From the NCBI GenBank assembly GCA_944393255.1, contig CALXZP010000014.1, positions 25,514 through 89,513 of the forward strand: a stretch of 64,000 nucleotides of DNA, read 5' to 3'. This DNA is from an uncultured Clostridia bacterium (lineage in GTDB: Bacteria > Bacillota > Clostridia > UBA1381). Each line of letters opens with the position of its first letter. The stretch's first letter is position 1. The position numbers and the translations under genes are program-made. Below the pieces are notes generated by a model. The model did not search any database. It was not told the origin of the DNA and saw only the letters and a list, made by a program, of their open reading frames with translations. Positions 26,394 to 35,822 of this stretch are shown here, in pieces.

Positions 26394-28232
26394 ATGGCAA
26401 AAGGCAATATATCCGTAGATTCGGAAAATCTGTTTCCGATCATAAAAAAGTGGCTTTATTCCGATAAGGATATTTTTCTTCGCGAGCTGGTTTCGAATGC
26501 CTGCGATGCGATAACAAAATTCAAGACCGTGGCGCTTTCCGGTGAGGCGGAGGGCAGCGATGCATACCGTGTGACCGTAACTATAGACAAAGAGGCGAAA
26601 AAGCTTATCGTGAGCGATAACGGTATAGGTATGACTGCTGAGGAGATAGACAAGTATATAAACCAGATAGCTTTTTCGGGCGCGTCGGAATTCCTGGCGA
26701 AGTATAAGGATGAAAATGACGACAATGCTCAGATAATAGGTCATTTCGGACTGGGATTTTACAGTGCGTTCATGGTAGCGGACAGCGTGGAGATCGATTC
26801 GCTGTCATACCGTGAGGATTCCGAGCCGGCGAAATGGGTCTGCGACGGAAGCATGGAATTTGATATGAGCAGCGGAGAGCGTACTGAGCGCGGTACGACC
26901 ATAACGCTTAATATAGCCGAGGATAGTACGGAATTTCTTGAGGAATTCAAAATAAGGGAGATACTCCGCAAATACTGCGCGTTCCTTCCGGTAGAGATAT
27001 ATCTTGAAAATGCGGGCGAGACGGAGGAAAAGGAAGGCAAGGACGGTGAAGAGAAGCCGGAGCCGAAGCCGATAAACGATACCGATCCGCTGTGGATGAA
27101 AAAGCCCTCCGAGTGCACGGATGAGGAATATAAGGAATTTTACAGAAATGTGTTCATGGACTTCAATGAACCGCTGTTCTGGATACACCTGAACGTGGAT
27201 TATCCGTTCAATCTCAAGGGTATCCTTTACTTCCCGAAGATCAATCATGAGTTTGCCGGGATAGAAGGGCAGATCAAGCTGTACAATAATCAGGTGTTCG
27301 TTGCGGACAACGTAAAGGAGGTCATACCCGAATTTCTTATGCTGCTCAAGGGTGTTATCGACTGTCCGGATCTTCCGCTGAACGTATCGAGAAGCTTTTT
27401 GCAGAATGACGGTTATGTGAAGAAGATATCTAACCACATAACAAGAAAAGTTGCGGACAAGCTCGTAAGCCTGTATAACGGCGATAAGGAAAACTATGAG
27501 AAGTATTGGGAGGATATAAATATCTTCGTAAAATACGGCTGTATCCGTGACGATAAGTTCTATGAAAAGGTAAAGAGCGCGGTGATCTATAAGGATCTTG
27601 ACGGGAAATATATGACGCTTGAGGAATACACGGGCGGCAAGGAAAAGGCTGAGGTATACTATGTTTCCGACAAAAAGCAGCAGTCGCAGTATATAAATAT
27701 GTTCATAGAACAGGGGCTCAATGCGGTCGAGCTGCCGAGCATGATGGACACGCATTTCATTTCATTCCTTGAGATGAAAAACCCGGATATAAAATTCAAG
27801 CGTATAGATTCGGCGCTGGCGGACACTGCGGAGGAAGCCGATGCGGACGATGAAAAGAACAAAAAGCTTGTTGAGCTGTTCAAGGATGAGCTTAAGGATG
27901 ACAAGCTCAAGATAGAGGTATCAAAGCTCAAGAATAAGGATATCCCGGCGGTCATACTGCTGAGCGAGGAATCGCGCCGTATGCAGGAGATGTATAAGAG
28001 CTACGGACAGCAGTTTGCCGGAATGGCGGACATGTTCCATGATGAATTCACTCTTGTTGTCAATTCGGAGAACAGTCTTATCGAAAGACTGGATACGCTT
28101 GATGAAGATACGAGAAAGCTCGTTATAGACCATGTATACGACCTTGCAAAAATATCGCACAGTCCTCTTGATGCGGACCAGATGAGCAGATTTGTAGCGC
28201 GGTCGAACAAGCTGCTTGAAAAACTTTACTGA
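26394..28232 (+). CDS. htpG: Molecular chaperone HtpG (Hsp90)
   Basis: LYSDKDIFLRELVSNACDA and GHFGLGFYSAFMVA motifs. 612 aa. Confidence 0.95.
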   Translation: MAKGNISVDSENLFPIIKKWLYSDKDIFLRELVSNACDAITKFKTVALSGEAEGSDAYRVTVTIDKEAKKLIVSDNGIGMTAEEIDKYINQIAFSGASEFLAKYKDENDDNAQIIGHFGLGFYSAFMVADSVEIDSLSYREDSEPAKWVCDGSMEFDMSSGERTERGTTITLNIAEDSTEFLEEFKIREILRKYCAFLPVEIYLENAGETEEKEGKDGEEKPEPKPINDTDPLWMKKPSECTDEEYKEFYRNVFMDFNEPLFWIHLNVDYPFNLKGILYFPKINHEFAGIEGQIKLYNNQVFVADNVKEVIPEFLMLLKGVIDCPDLPLNVSRSFLQNDGYVKKISNHITRKVADKLVSLYNGDKENYEKYWEDINIFVKYGCIRDDKFYEKVKSAVIYKDLDGKYMTLEEYTGGKEKAEVYYVSDKKQQSQYINMFIEQGLNAVELPSMMDTHFISFLEMKNPDIKFKRIDSALADTAEEADADDEKNKKLVELFKDELKDDKLKIEVSKLKNKDIPAVILLSEESRRMQEMYKSYGQQFAGMADMFHDEFTLVVNSENSLIERLDTLDEDTRKLVIDHVYDLAKISHSPLDADQMSRFVARSNKLLEKLY

Positions 28233-28396
28233 TATTAATTAAAATATACCTAATATACACAAATGCTCCCATTTATTAATTATTTTACATTAAGTGTACA
28301 AATAATTAACAAGTTTGCCATAATTATTGATTTCTCATGGCTAAAGTGGTAGAATATTCATGTGCACTTAATAATTATAATGAAAGGGATGTAGAT

Positions 28397-29188
28397 ATGA
28401 AAGGGAAACTTTCAGTAATGATCGCAGACGATGATAAAACGTATGCCGCAGGGCTTGCTGAGATCATAAACAAGCGAGAGGATATGGAATGCTGCGGCTG
28501 TGCCGCGGACGGTGAGGAGGCACTGGAGCTGGCGGCGCTGCTGCGTCCGGATGCGATAGTGCTTGATATGCTCATGCCTAAGCGTGACGGCATGGGTGTA
28601 TTGAGGGGCCTGAGCGGATGCGGACTTAGGAAAAAGCCTGTTGTGGTAGTAAATTCTGCGTCAGTGCTGACAAGTATGGTCGGGGCTGCTATAAGCTGCG
28701 GTGCGGATCATTTTATGGTAAAACCGCAGAGCGGCGATTCCATTTGTGATACGATATCGGATCTTGCCGCGCTCAGATCCGGAAAAAAGAAACATGAGCA
28801 GGAAAGCACCGGGGAGAGAAATGAATTCAAGCTGGAAAAGAGCGTAACGTATTTTCTGCACGCGCTCGGAGTTCCTGCAAATTTGGACGGATATAAATAC
28901 ATGAGAAGCGCAATAATGAACGCGGCTATGGATATGAGTCTGCTGGAGCCCATAACGAAGAAGCTGTATCCTATCATAGCGGAGGAATATGATACAAGCG
29001 TATGCTGTGTTGAGCGTTCGATGCGTCATGCTATAACGGTATCGTGGAAACGCGGCAGCCGTAAGCTTATAGGCGACGTTTTCGGTTATACGGCCGAGGA
29101 CGGCAAACGCCGTCCGACAAATTCTGAATACATCGCAATGGCGGCGGATGATTTCAGACTGAGATATAAATACGGAAAGCTTGAGTAA
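28397..29188 (+). CDS. spo0A: Sporulation master regulator Spo0A
   Basis: Receiver domain (SVMIADDD, DMLMPKRDG). Spo0A-specific C-terminal DNA-binding domain (..SVCCVERSMRHAITVSWKRG..PTNSEYIA). AAAGGGA SD sequence before ATG 28397. Confidence 0.9.
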   Translation: MKGKLSVMIADDDKTYAAGLAEIINKREDMECCGCAADGEEALELAALLRPDAIVLDMLMPKRDGMGVLRGLSGCGLRKKPVVVVNSASVLTSMVGAAISCGADHFMVKPQSGDSICDTISDLAALRSGKKKHEQESTGERNEFKLEKSVTYFLHALGVPANLDGYKYMRSAIMNAAMDMSLLEPITKKLYPIIAEEYDTSVCCVERSMRHAITVSWKRGSRKLIGDVFGYTAEDGKRRPTNSEYIAMAADDFRLRYKYGKLE

Positions 29189-29484
29189 GGCAAACAAAAA
29201 ACACAGGTCATTAGGTGAATAGTAATAAGGGAATATTGGAAACTATTACCATTCACCGACAGACGGAGTGTAAAAAGCAAGAGATACAGACTATCAATAA
29301 AAGTCTGTATCTCTTTTGCTGTAAAGTAAGAATTTAGAGCAATTTTAACCCTTATTTTATGCGGGTTTCAGAGGTCGAAACAGTAAAAGTAATGATATTA
29401 TATTAAAACCTTCAAAAATGCACTTCTAACCGTCCCTTGAAACAGAAAAAGAGTAACCGTTTTAATGGCTGTTCTCAATCCGTT

Positions 29485-29688
29485 TCATCTGTCAATATCA
29501 AATTTTAATATTGCCTTCATCAGCTTTGTCCGTATTTCCTCCGCATACACATAATTGACAATACTGTTTTGTTTCGTAAAATACAGAATGTATGCGTTAT
29601 AATGCGCCAATACTTTTTGCATAGCGTTGGCGTCACCAACAACTGATTTTTGGATTATTTCAAAGTTGGGTGGGATATATCTATTCAT
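29485..29688 (-). CDS. Small helix-turn-helix protein of the Tn916 orf8-like type
   Basis: MNRYIPPNFEIIQKSVVGDANAMQKVLAHYNAYI.. . Its start overlaps the stop of the sigma-like gene. The family call is from memory. Confidence 0.55.
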   Translation of the reverse strand: MNRYIPPNFEIIQKSVVGDANAMQKVLAHYNAYILYFTKQNSIVNYVYAEEIRTKLMKAILKFDIDR

Positions 29689-30114
29689 CTTCGCCGTCCT
29701 CCATAATCTCACGCAAATTTTTTAAGGCGCGGATATGAATATAGCTGATGTTTTTCTGCGCTTTTCCAATCATCTCCGAAATATCTTTCAGCTTATAATC
29801 GGTAAAGTAATACATCAAAATTACATCACGTTTTTCTTTGGTAATTGCAATAAAGCTTTTCCCAAATCATAATCATTGACAGAAAAGATATATCCAAAGG
29901 CTTCAAAGTGATATTGCAAAATAGGGTATGTATCACATTTTCCGTACTCTAAAAAAGATTCGTTTAGGATTTCTTCAAAAGAAACATTGCGCTCAGCATA
30001 TTTGCTGCTTTCTCTGTAAAGGTTGATAGCCTGATAGCGTATTGTCTTTTTGCAAAAGCTGTCAAAGCAATGTCTGATATGTTCCTTTTGCTCGTCTGTA
30101 TATTTCATTGTCAT
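29681..30114 (-). pseudogene. Sigma-70-family (Tn916 orf7-like) regulator, frameshifted
   Basis: The ORF ends ..LLQLPKKNVM*. The -1 frame continues KEKRDVILMYYFTDYKLKDISEMIGKAQKNISYIHIRALKNLREIMEDGEDE*, a textbook sigma region 4. The shift lies in the aaagaaaaac run near 29830. Confidence 0.7.
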
Positions 30115-30241
30115 TCCTCCAGCATCGAATTTTTGTTTGTAAAATCAATGCTGAACGGTGGGGAACGGCAGCAGGACAAAAGAAAAAGCCGATAGTTTGA
30201 GATTTCTCTGCAAATTATCGGCGCTGCGTCTTGTTGCTTCG

Positions 30242-30443
30242 TTATAAATTCTGCGTCTGTGCGTACGGCTCTTTTATGACTTCAATGTTAAATTGTTTTG
30301 TGTTTATGATTGTTTCATTTTTACACTTCAGGCAGAACAAAGGGAGTTTTTTTTAATTCTGTATCTGTACGGATTTTTGTTCGTGTTTTATTATGACAGA
30401 TAGGACAATAAACCCAAAAACAAATATTTTTTGTCATCGACAT
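30242..30443 (-). pseudogene. Cysteine-rich KTR-type small protein, frameshifted in an A8 run
   Basis: MSMTKNICFWVYCPICHNKTRTKIRTDTELKK, then a frame change into LPLFCLKCKNETIINTKQFNIEVIKEPYAQTQNL*. One A fewer in the A8 tract (about 30346-30353) restores a single ORF. Confidence 0.65.
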
Positions 30444-30464
30444 TTCCTTCAATTATACCACTTA

Positions 30465-31295
30465 CTAAAAGACTGTTTCACTTGCTTTACTTCTCCAAGT
30501 ATCAGTATCTTTTTTTAGTTTTGCACATAAGGCATCAATAACTTCGGGAGTATCTGCTCCAACAGGTAGATGCAGAGGAGGATTCTCAGAAGAGCTGACC
30601 TCTATAATCAATTTTGCCAATTTATCGGGGTCACCCGGTTGTTCATGCTTATTTGCATTTTCAATAAAAGCAGTTTGCCATCTGTTGCAGTCATAATCAT
30701 CTATATGAATATCCGGCACAGTTTTCCATGTGCTTTTATTATAAAATCCTGTCCGGAACAAGCCAGGCGCAACATTTGTTACTTTTATTCCAAAAGGTTC
30801 TACTTCAAAAGCAAGTGATGTTGAGAAACCTGTAACAGCAAATTTTGAAGTGTGGTACGGAACGGGACCGGCGCTATAACCTGCGCCCGAAGATATATTG
30901 AAAATATGCCCGTTTTGCTGTTTGCGCATAATTGGAAGTACCGCACGGGTCACGCGCATCATTCCGAATACATTTACTTCAAACATATTTTTTATATTTT
31001 TTTCACTTGTTTCCTCAAAGTTTGTAATACAGCCGTAACCGGCATTATTTACAAGAATATCAATCCTACCAAACTGTTTTATACTTTTCTCAACAACAGA
31101 ATAATATATATTTTCGTCTGCATCGGAAACATCTAATTGTAAACTTAAAGTGCTGCTTTTATATTTGTCGGGTATTAAAAATCCGTTAGCTTTTCTGGTG
31201 GTGGCAATTACGCAATCTCCGGCATCCAATGCCGCCATAGCGATTGCGTTTCCAATGCCCTTTCCTGCGCCTGTTATAAACCATACTTTTTGCAT
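30465..31295 (-). CDS. SDR-family NAD(P)-dependent oxidoreductase
   Basis: TGAGKGIG Rossmann motif, NNAG, and a YxxxK-type catalytic region (YHTSK). 276 aa. Confidence 0.85.
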   Translation of the reverse strand: MQKVWFITGAGKGIGNAIAMAALDAGDCVIATTRKANGFLIPDKYKSSTLSLQLDVSDADENIYYSVVEKSIKQFGRIDILVNNAGYGCITNFEETSEKNIKNMFEVNVFGMMRVTRAVLPIMRKQQNGHIFNISSGAGYSAGPVPYHTSKFAVTGFSTSLAFEVEPFGIKVTNVAPGLFRTGFYNKSTWKTVPDIHIDDYDCNRWQTAFIENANKHEQPGDPDKLAKLIIEVSSSENPPLHLPVGADTPEVIDALCAKLKKDTDTWRSKASETVF

Positions 31296-31299
31296 ATTG

Positions 31300-31749
31300 T
31301 CAGTTCCTTCTTTTTCTTTCTCCGATTTCAGCTACGCACACATCTGTGTACTTTTCCCAAAGTCCTGTTATCATTTCTTGCTCATATGTCGACAATGCGG
31401 CAAACGCTGTAAATTCTGCCTGATTGATTGTCGGTATTACTTGATTTTGAAATTCCCGCCCTTTTTCAGTCAGTAATATAATCCGTGAGCGTTTGTCTTG
31501 ATTGCATTCTTTCAATTTTATAAACCCTTTTTTCTCAAAAGACAAAATCACTTTATTGACTGTCTGCTTTGGAAAATATAAAATATCACATATTTCTTTT
31601 TGCGTTACTCCGTCCTCAATCAACTGTAAAATAAACAGCGAAATGTAAGTCAATCCGTACTGCTTTGCATATTCCTCGTATGCGTAATTTAATTTCTGCC
31701 ACGAGAGATAAAATCTTTTCAGGTTTTTAGAGCGATTCAGTTTTTTCAT
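31300..31749 (-). CDS. MarR-family transcriptional regulator
   Basis: 149-aa winged HTH (..QKEICDILYFPKQTVNKVILSFEKKGFI..DKRSRII). Separated by 4 nt from the downstream SDR gene. Confidence 0.8.
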   Translation of the reverse strand: MKKLNRSKNLKRFYLSWQKLNYAYEEYAKQYGLTYISLFILQLIEDGVTQKEICDILYFPKQTVNKVILSFEKKGFIKLKECNQDKRSRIILLTEKGREFQNQVIPTINQAEFTAFAALSTYEQEMITGLWEKYTDVCVAEIGERKRRN

Positions 31750-32212
31750 TTTATTAGTCCCCTTTTCTACTAGTATAACATAAAATAATCAATTTTTCAA
31801 GCAGAAAATATATTTGTTTTTTAACAACACGCAAAGTTCACTTATCAACTATAAACATATATGCTATCAAAAAATCAAAATTTACCTTGTTCGCGTCCAA
31901 GTCTTGACCTGCAATTTGTACATAAAATATGTTTTACTCTAAAATGCTCATCAAAAATTAAATAAAAATTTCAAAAACATTTGGCAATTTTTTTGTTTTT
32001 TACCGTGGTAGTATTGAAAAGAAATTTTGCAAAAAGAGTAGTAATTTTTTCTTTTATTTGTTACCTATATAAAAGCGCAACAAAAGCGTAAATTTCGTTT
32101 GGATAATAATATAGAGGAACATCAAAAAAGGGTTTGGGAATACCAAAAAAATAAAATCAATTTTTTTGTAAGTATGGCTGCACTTGCTGTGCTTGCTCCT
32201 TCATAAAAATGA

Positions 32213-32401
32213 GTTTTTACAAGAAAAGACGTGATAAGATTGGATAAGGAAAATAAGGACAACGGCTATGTTTCAATATACAAAATCGGTGGTACAGCAT
32301 ACGAAGTTTAGACATCATTTTCAGGCACGGAAACACTAAACAATAAAATAATTCGCTTAATGCTATCCGAGAAAATAAAATCAAAAAGGGCTGACAATTG
32401 A
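32213..32401 (+). pseudogene. TnpW-like small transposon protein remnant with an internal stop
   Basis: ..DKENKDNGYVSIYKIGGTAYEV*TSFSGTETLNNKIIRLMLSEKI.. . This resembles the small proteins encoded just upstream of large serine recombinases in clostridial elements. The call is from memory. Confidence 0.4.
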
Positions 32402-32485
32402 ACAGACCTCCCAATCGTTAGATTTTTGGTCTAACTTTTGGGGGTCGGTTCAAAATCCAAAAGAGAGTTGGGCAATTTTTTATGA

Positions 32486-33286
32486 TACACAAGAGCCATT
32501 GTTCCAAAAGAACAGTGGGAACGGGTGCAGGAATTGAGGAAAAACAAGCGTCGGAACACAAAAACAAATAGGCAAGGGTTGTTTTCAGGATTGATATTCT
32601 GCGCTGACTGCGGAAGCAAACTTCATTTTGCAACCTGCGAAAGATTTGACAGAGCATAAGACTACTACCGTTGTTCGCAGTACAAAGGTAATACAGGAAG
32701 CTGTTCCGTCCATTTTATCCGTGAGGAAACTTTGAAGAAAATCGTACTAAATCAGATTTTTCAAATTACGGCAATGATATATGATAATGCTGATGAGTTT
32801 TTCAATCTTGTGGCAAGGCAGCAATTAGACGAGCAGGAAAAAGAAATACAGAACAAGGAAAAGCAAATGGGAAAAATCCAAAAACGCATAACTGAGCTTG
32901 ATAAAATTTTTAAAAGAATTTATGAGGACGATCTAACGGGAGCAATCTCACACGAACGCTTTTTTAAATTGTCTGCCGAGTATGAAACGGAACAGCGTGA
33001 ATTGCAAAAACAGGCGGATGAATTTCAACAGGAAACAGCGGAGTTTGACAGACAGCAGACTGATTTTAATCAATTCAGACAAATAGTCCGAAAATATGTA
33101 GGTATAACGGAATTAACGCTGACGATTGTAAATGAATTTATCAAGAAAATTATCGTTCACGCTCCCGATGAATCAAGCGGACACAGAGTACAAAAAATAC
33201 AGATTATTTTTAATTTTATAGGTGAGTTTGTCCCGCAGGACGAATTTATCCCTGATAAAAAGAAAGTTCCGCAGGAATATCTCTAA
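32486..33286 (+). pseudogene. Large serine recombinase remnant. The N-terminal catalytic domain is missing and there is an in-frame TAA at 32657-32659
   Basis: Same frame throughout: ..PIVPKEQWERVQELRKNKRRN..GLIFCADCGSKLHFATCERFDRA*DYYRCSQYKGNTGSCSVHFIREETL.. (zinc-ribbon). Then a coiled-coil / DUF4368-like tail (ISHERFFKLSAEYETEQRELQ). No resolvase domain lies upstream. Confidence 0.7.
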
Positions 33287-33385
33287 TCCTGCGGATATTA
33301 CTTCCTTATTACTCTCTGCCTTTGGCGGCCTGTGTTTTTTGTTTAAACCGGAGCTGCGCTCTGCTTTGCATAGGTTATATAAGGT

Positions 33386-34909
33386 TCAGCGCTTGCCCGA
33401 ATATCGTGAATTGGCGCCTTTTGAGCGCGTCCTGTTGAGCTCGGAGCCGCTTGTCAGCCTGTCGTTCATGTTTGCACGCTGCTGTTCTTCCTCTAACCTT
33501 CTGCGCTGCTTCATCTGCTGTATCCTGCGCTTGCGTTCTCTGCGCCGTCTGCGCGAACGCACGGCCAGTGCGAGGATGATCAGAAGTATAACAGGTATAA
33601 ATACCAGCGGGTTTATTATTATGCCTATCACTATATGGAATACGTGCAGCACCATGTTCTGTTCAACGTCGTTTGCCGCCACAAGATCGGCTCTGCCTAT
33701 CTCGGTGCCGCGGTATATATATGAGACCTGCCCGAGCACGTCGCCTTTTGCTATAGGAGCCTTGAGCACGTCTTCGGAAAGCTCTATATTGCTTGTTACC
33801 TCGGAGGAAATATCGCCGCCTATGGGAACGAGCGCGCTGAGCTCTCTATCTACAGTGAGAGTTACTCTCTTATCGTCCTTCGCCTCATACACCTTGGAAT
33901 CGTATACTATATTTCCGGGTGAAGCGAGGATACCGGATTCATAGTTGTTAAATCCAAAATCGAACATATCCCTTGTTATAACATATGAGTATGCATTTTC
34001 ATTTACGTTAAGATCATCGCATTTCAAAACTATTCCGAGCAGGGTCATGCCGTTGTATTCGGCTGAGGCTACAAGGCAGTGCCCGGCTGCATCCGTGGTG
34101 CCTGTTTTTATTCCTGTACAGGGCTTGTAGATATGTCGAGAAGAAAAAGCGGTGGACAGGAACATGTTCGTGGACGCCAGATCTCTTTGGCGTGCGTATT
34201 TGTTCGTTGGAGCGATGGTGTATATGGATTGCTTTACAATGTTCCGGAAGTCTTCGTTCTGCATACAGTATTTTGCGAGCTTGGCGAGGTCGGACGCCGT
34301 TGTATAATGGTCGTCGTTGTGTACGCCGCAGGCATTGACGAAATGCGTGCTCGTCATGCCCAGCTCCTGAGCCTTGGCGTTCATCAGGTCAACGAAGGCT
34401 TCTATGGAGCCGGCGACCTGTATGGCGATAACGTTTGCCGCGTCGTTTGCGCTGTATACCATCATCCCGTTAACAAGATCTATCATTGTGAGCTGTTCCC
34501 CTATGAGAATGCCCATATGAGAATCTTCAAGCGTTATATCCTTGAGCGCTTCATAGGTAGCGGTAGCGGTCTCGCCCATTTTGCCGCTTTCAAGCGCTAA
34601 AATGCCGGTCATCATTTTTGTGGTGCTGGCGGGGTAGAGCCGTTCGTCTATGTTTTTTCCGAAGATGAGACGGCCGGAATTCATATCCATCAGGAGAGCT
34701 GCCCCGGCGTGAGAAGCGTCGGGAGCGGTAAGCGAATCGTTCTCCAGGTATATCCCCCCTCCTGCCGTCTCAGAGCCCTGTGCGGTATCGGCAGCCGCCG
34801 TCGCTTCCGGAGCGGAAGTTTCATCGGGAGCCGCAAGCGCCGGACCGAGTGATGACAGTGCGATCACCGCCGCGGATAACAGCGGGATCAATATTTTCTT
34901 TTTTGACAT
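33386..34909 (-). CDS. D-alanyl-D-alanine carboxypeptidase (S11, DacB/PBP5-like) with a C-terminal TM anchor and Arg-rich tail
   Basis: Signal peptide. ASTTKMMT (SxxK), YSANDAA (SxN) and KTGTT (KTG) motifs. A TM helix, then RSRRRRRERKRRIQQMKQRRR. Confidence 0.85.
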   Translation of the reverse strand: MSKKKILIPLLSAAVIALSSLGPALAAPDETSAPEATAAADTAQGSETAGGGIYLENDSLTAPDASHAGAALLMDMNSGRLIFGKNIDERLYPASTTKMMTGILALESGKMGETATATYEALKDITLEDSHMGILIGEQLTMIDLVNGMMVYSANDAANVIAIQVAGSIEAFVDLMNAKAQELGMTSTHFVNACGVHNDDHYTTASDLAKLAKYCMQNEDFRNIVKQSIYTIAPTNKYARQRDLASTNMFLSTAFSSRHIYKPCTGIKTGTTDAAGHCLVASAEYNGMTLLGIVLKCDDLNVNENAYSYVITRDMFDFGFNNYESGILASPGNIVYDSKVYEAKDDKRVTLTVDRELSALVPIGGDISSEVTSNIELSEDVLKAPIAKGDVLGQVSYIYRGTEIGRADLVAANDVEQNMVLHVFHIVIGIIINPLVFIPVILLIILALAVRSRRRRRERKRRIQQMKQRRRLEEEQQRANMNDRLTSGSELNRTRSKGANSRYSGKR

Positions 34910-35138
34910 AAGTTAAGCCTCCGTTCGACTGTTTAATACAAAATATCTCATTATCTATTATACAAAAAATGTCCGGAAATTTCAATACATATCATAAGAT
35001 TTTTTAAATTTTATTAAATTAACGAAAAAAAATTTAAAAAAGGTATGGAAATTTACCCGTTTTATTGGTATAATTATATTTACATACAGTTTAACCGGCA
35101 GAAGCCGTTAATAGTGAACGGAAGGGGAATTGACCGCA

Positions 35139-35822
35139 ATGAAAATATTGGTTGTAGAGGATGAAAAATTACTTGTAAAGGGAATAAAATTCAATCTTGA
35201 GCAGGAGGGGTATCAGGTCATAACTGCATTTGACGGCGAAGAAGCGGTAAATCTTGCTCATGATGACAGCATAGATCTTATATTGCTCGATCTTATGCTG
35301 CCGAAAATGGATGGATTTACAGCCTGCCGCACTATACGCGGTTTTTCAAATGTTCCTATAATCATGCTCACGGCAAAGAGCGAGGATATAGATAAGATAC
35401 TGGGTCTTGAATACGGCGCAGACGACTATATAACGAAGCCGTTCAATATCCGGGAGGTAACGGCGCGCATAAAGGCGATATTGAGAAGGGTCAATCCCAC
35501 GCCCAAGGGCGATAAGAGCAAAGTTCTTGTCTCCGGGGATATAACGCTTGACTATAATTTCAGAAGAGCGTCGGTCGGCGATAGGGTAGTGGAGCTGACG
35601 AGCAAGGAGTTTGATCTGCTCGAGCTGTTCCTGAAAAATCCGGGCAAGGTTTACACGAGAGAAAATCTCCTTGACAGCGCATGGGGAATAGGATATCCGA
35701 GCGAGGAACGGACGATAGACGTGCATATGCGCCGTCTGCGCGAGAAGATAGAGGAAAATCCGGCGGAGCCGAAGTATCTGAAGACAAAATGGGGTGTTGG
35801 ATATTACTACAAGAAGGACTAA
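35139..35822 (+). CDS. OmpR-family response regulator (WalR/YycF-like)
   Basis: Receiver domain (LLDLMLPKMDG) plus a winged-helix domain. MLTAKSEDIDKILGLEYGADDYITKPF and RRLREKIEENP..WGVGYY closely resemble B. subtilis WalR as I recall it. Confidence 0.85.
   Translation: MKILVVEDEKLLVKGIKFNLEQEGYQVITAFDGEEAVNLAHDDSIDLILLDLMLPKMDGFTACRTIRGFSNVPIIMLTAKSEDIDKILGLEYGADDYITKPFNIREVTARIKAILRRVNPTPKGDKSKVLVSGDITLDYNFRRASVGDRVVELTSKEFDLLELFLKNPGKVYTRENLLDSAWGIGYPSEERTIDVHMRRLREKIEENPAEPKYLKTKWGVGYYYKKD

Larger units (their letters stand above)
29192..33344. mobile_element. Decayed integrative element (large-serine-recombinase / Tn916- and Tn4451-like gene content) bracketed by a two-block inverted repeat
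   Basis: aaacaaaaaacacagg (29192-29207) is the exact reverse complement of cctgtgttttttgttt (33329-33344). An inner block agtaataagg (29221-30) matches ccttattact (33304-13). The interior is AT-rich and holds transposon-type genes, four of them disrupted. Confidence 0.7.
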
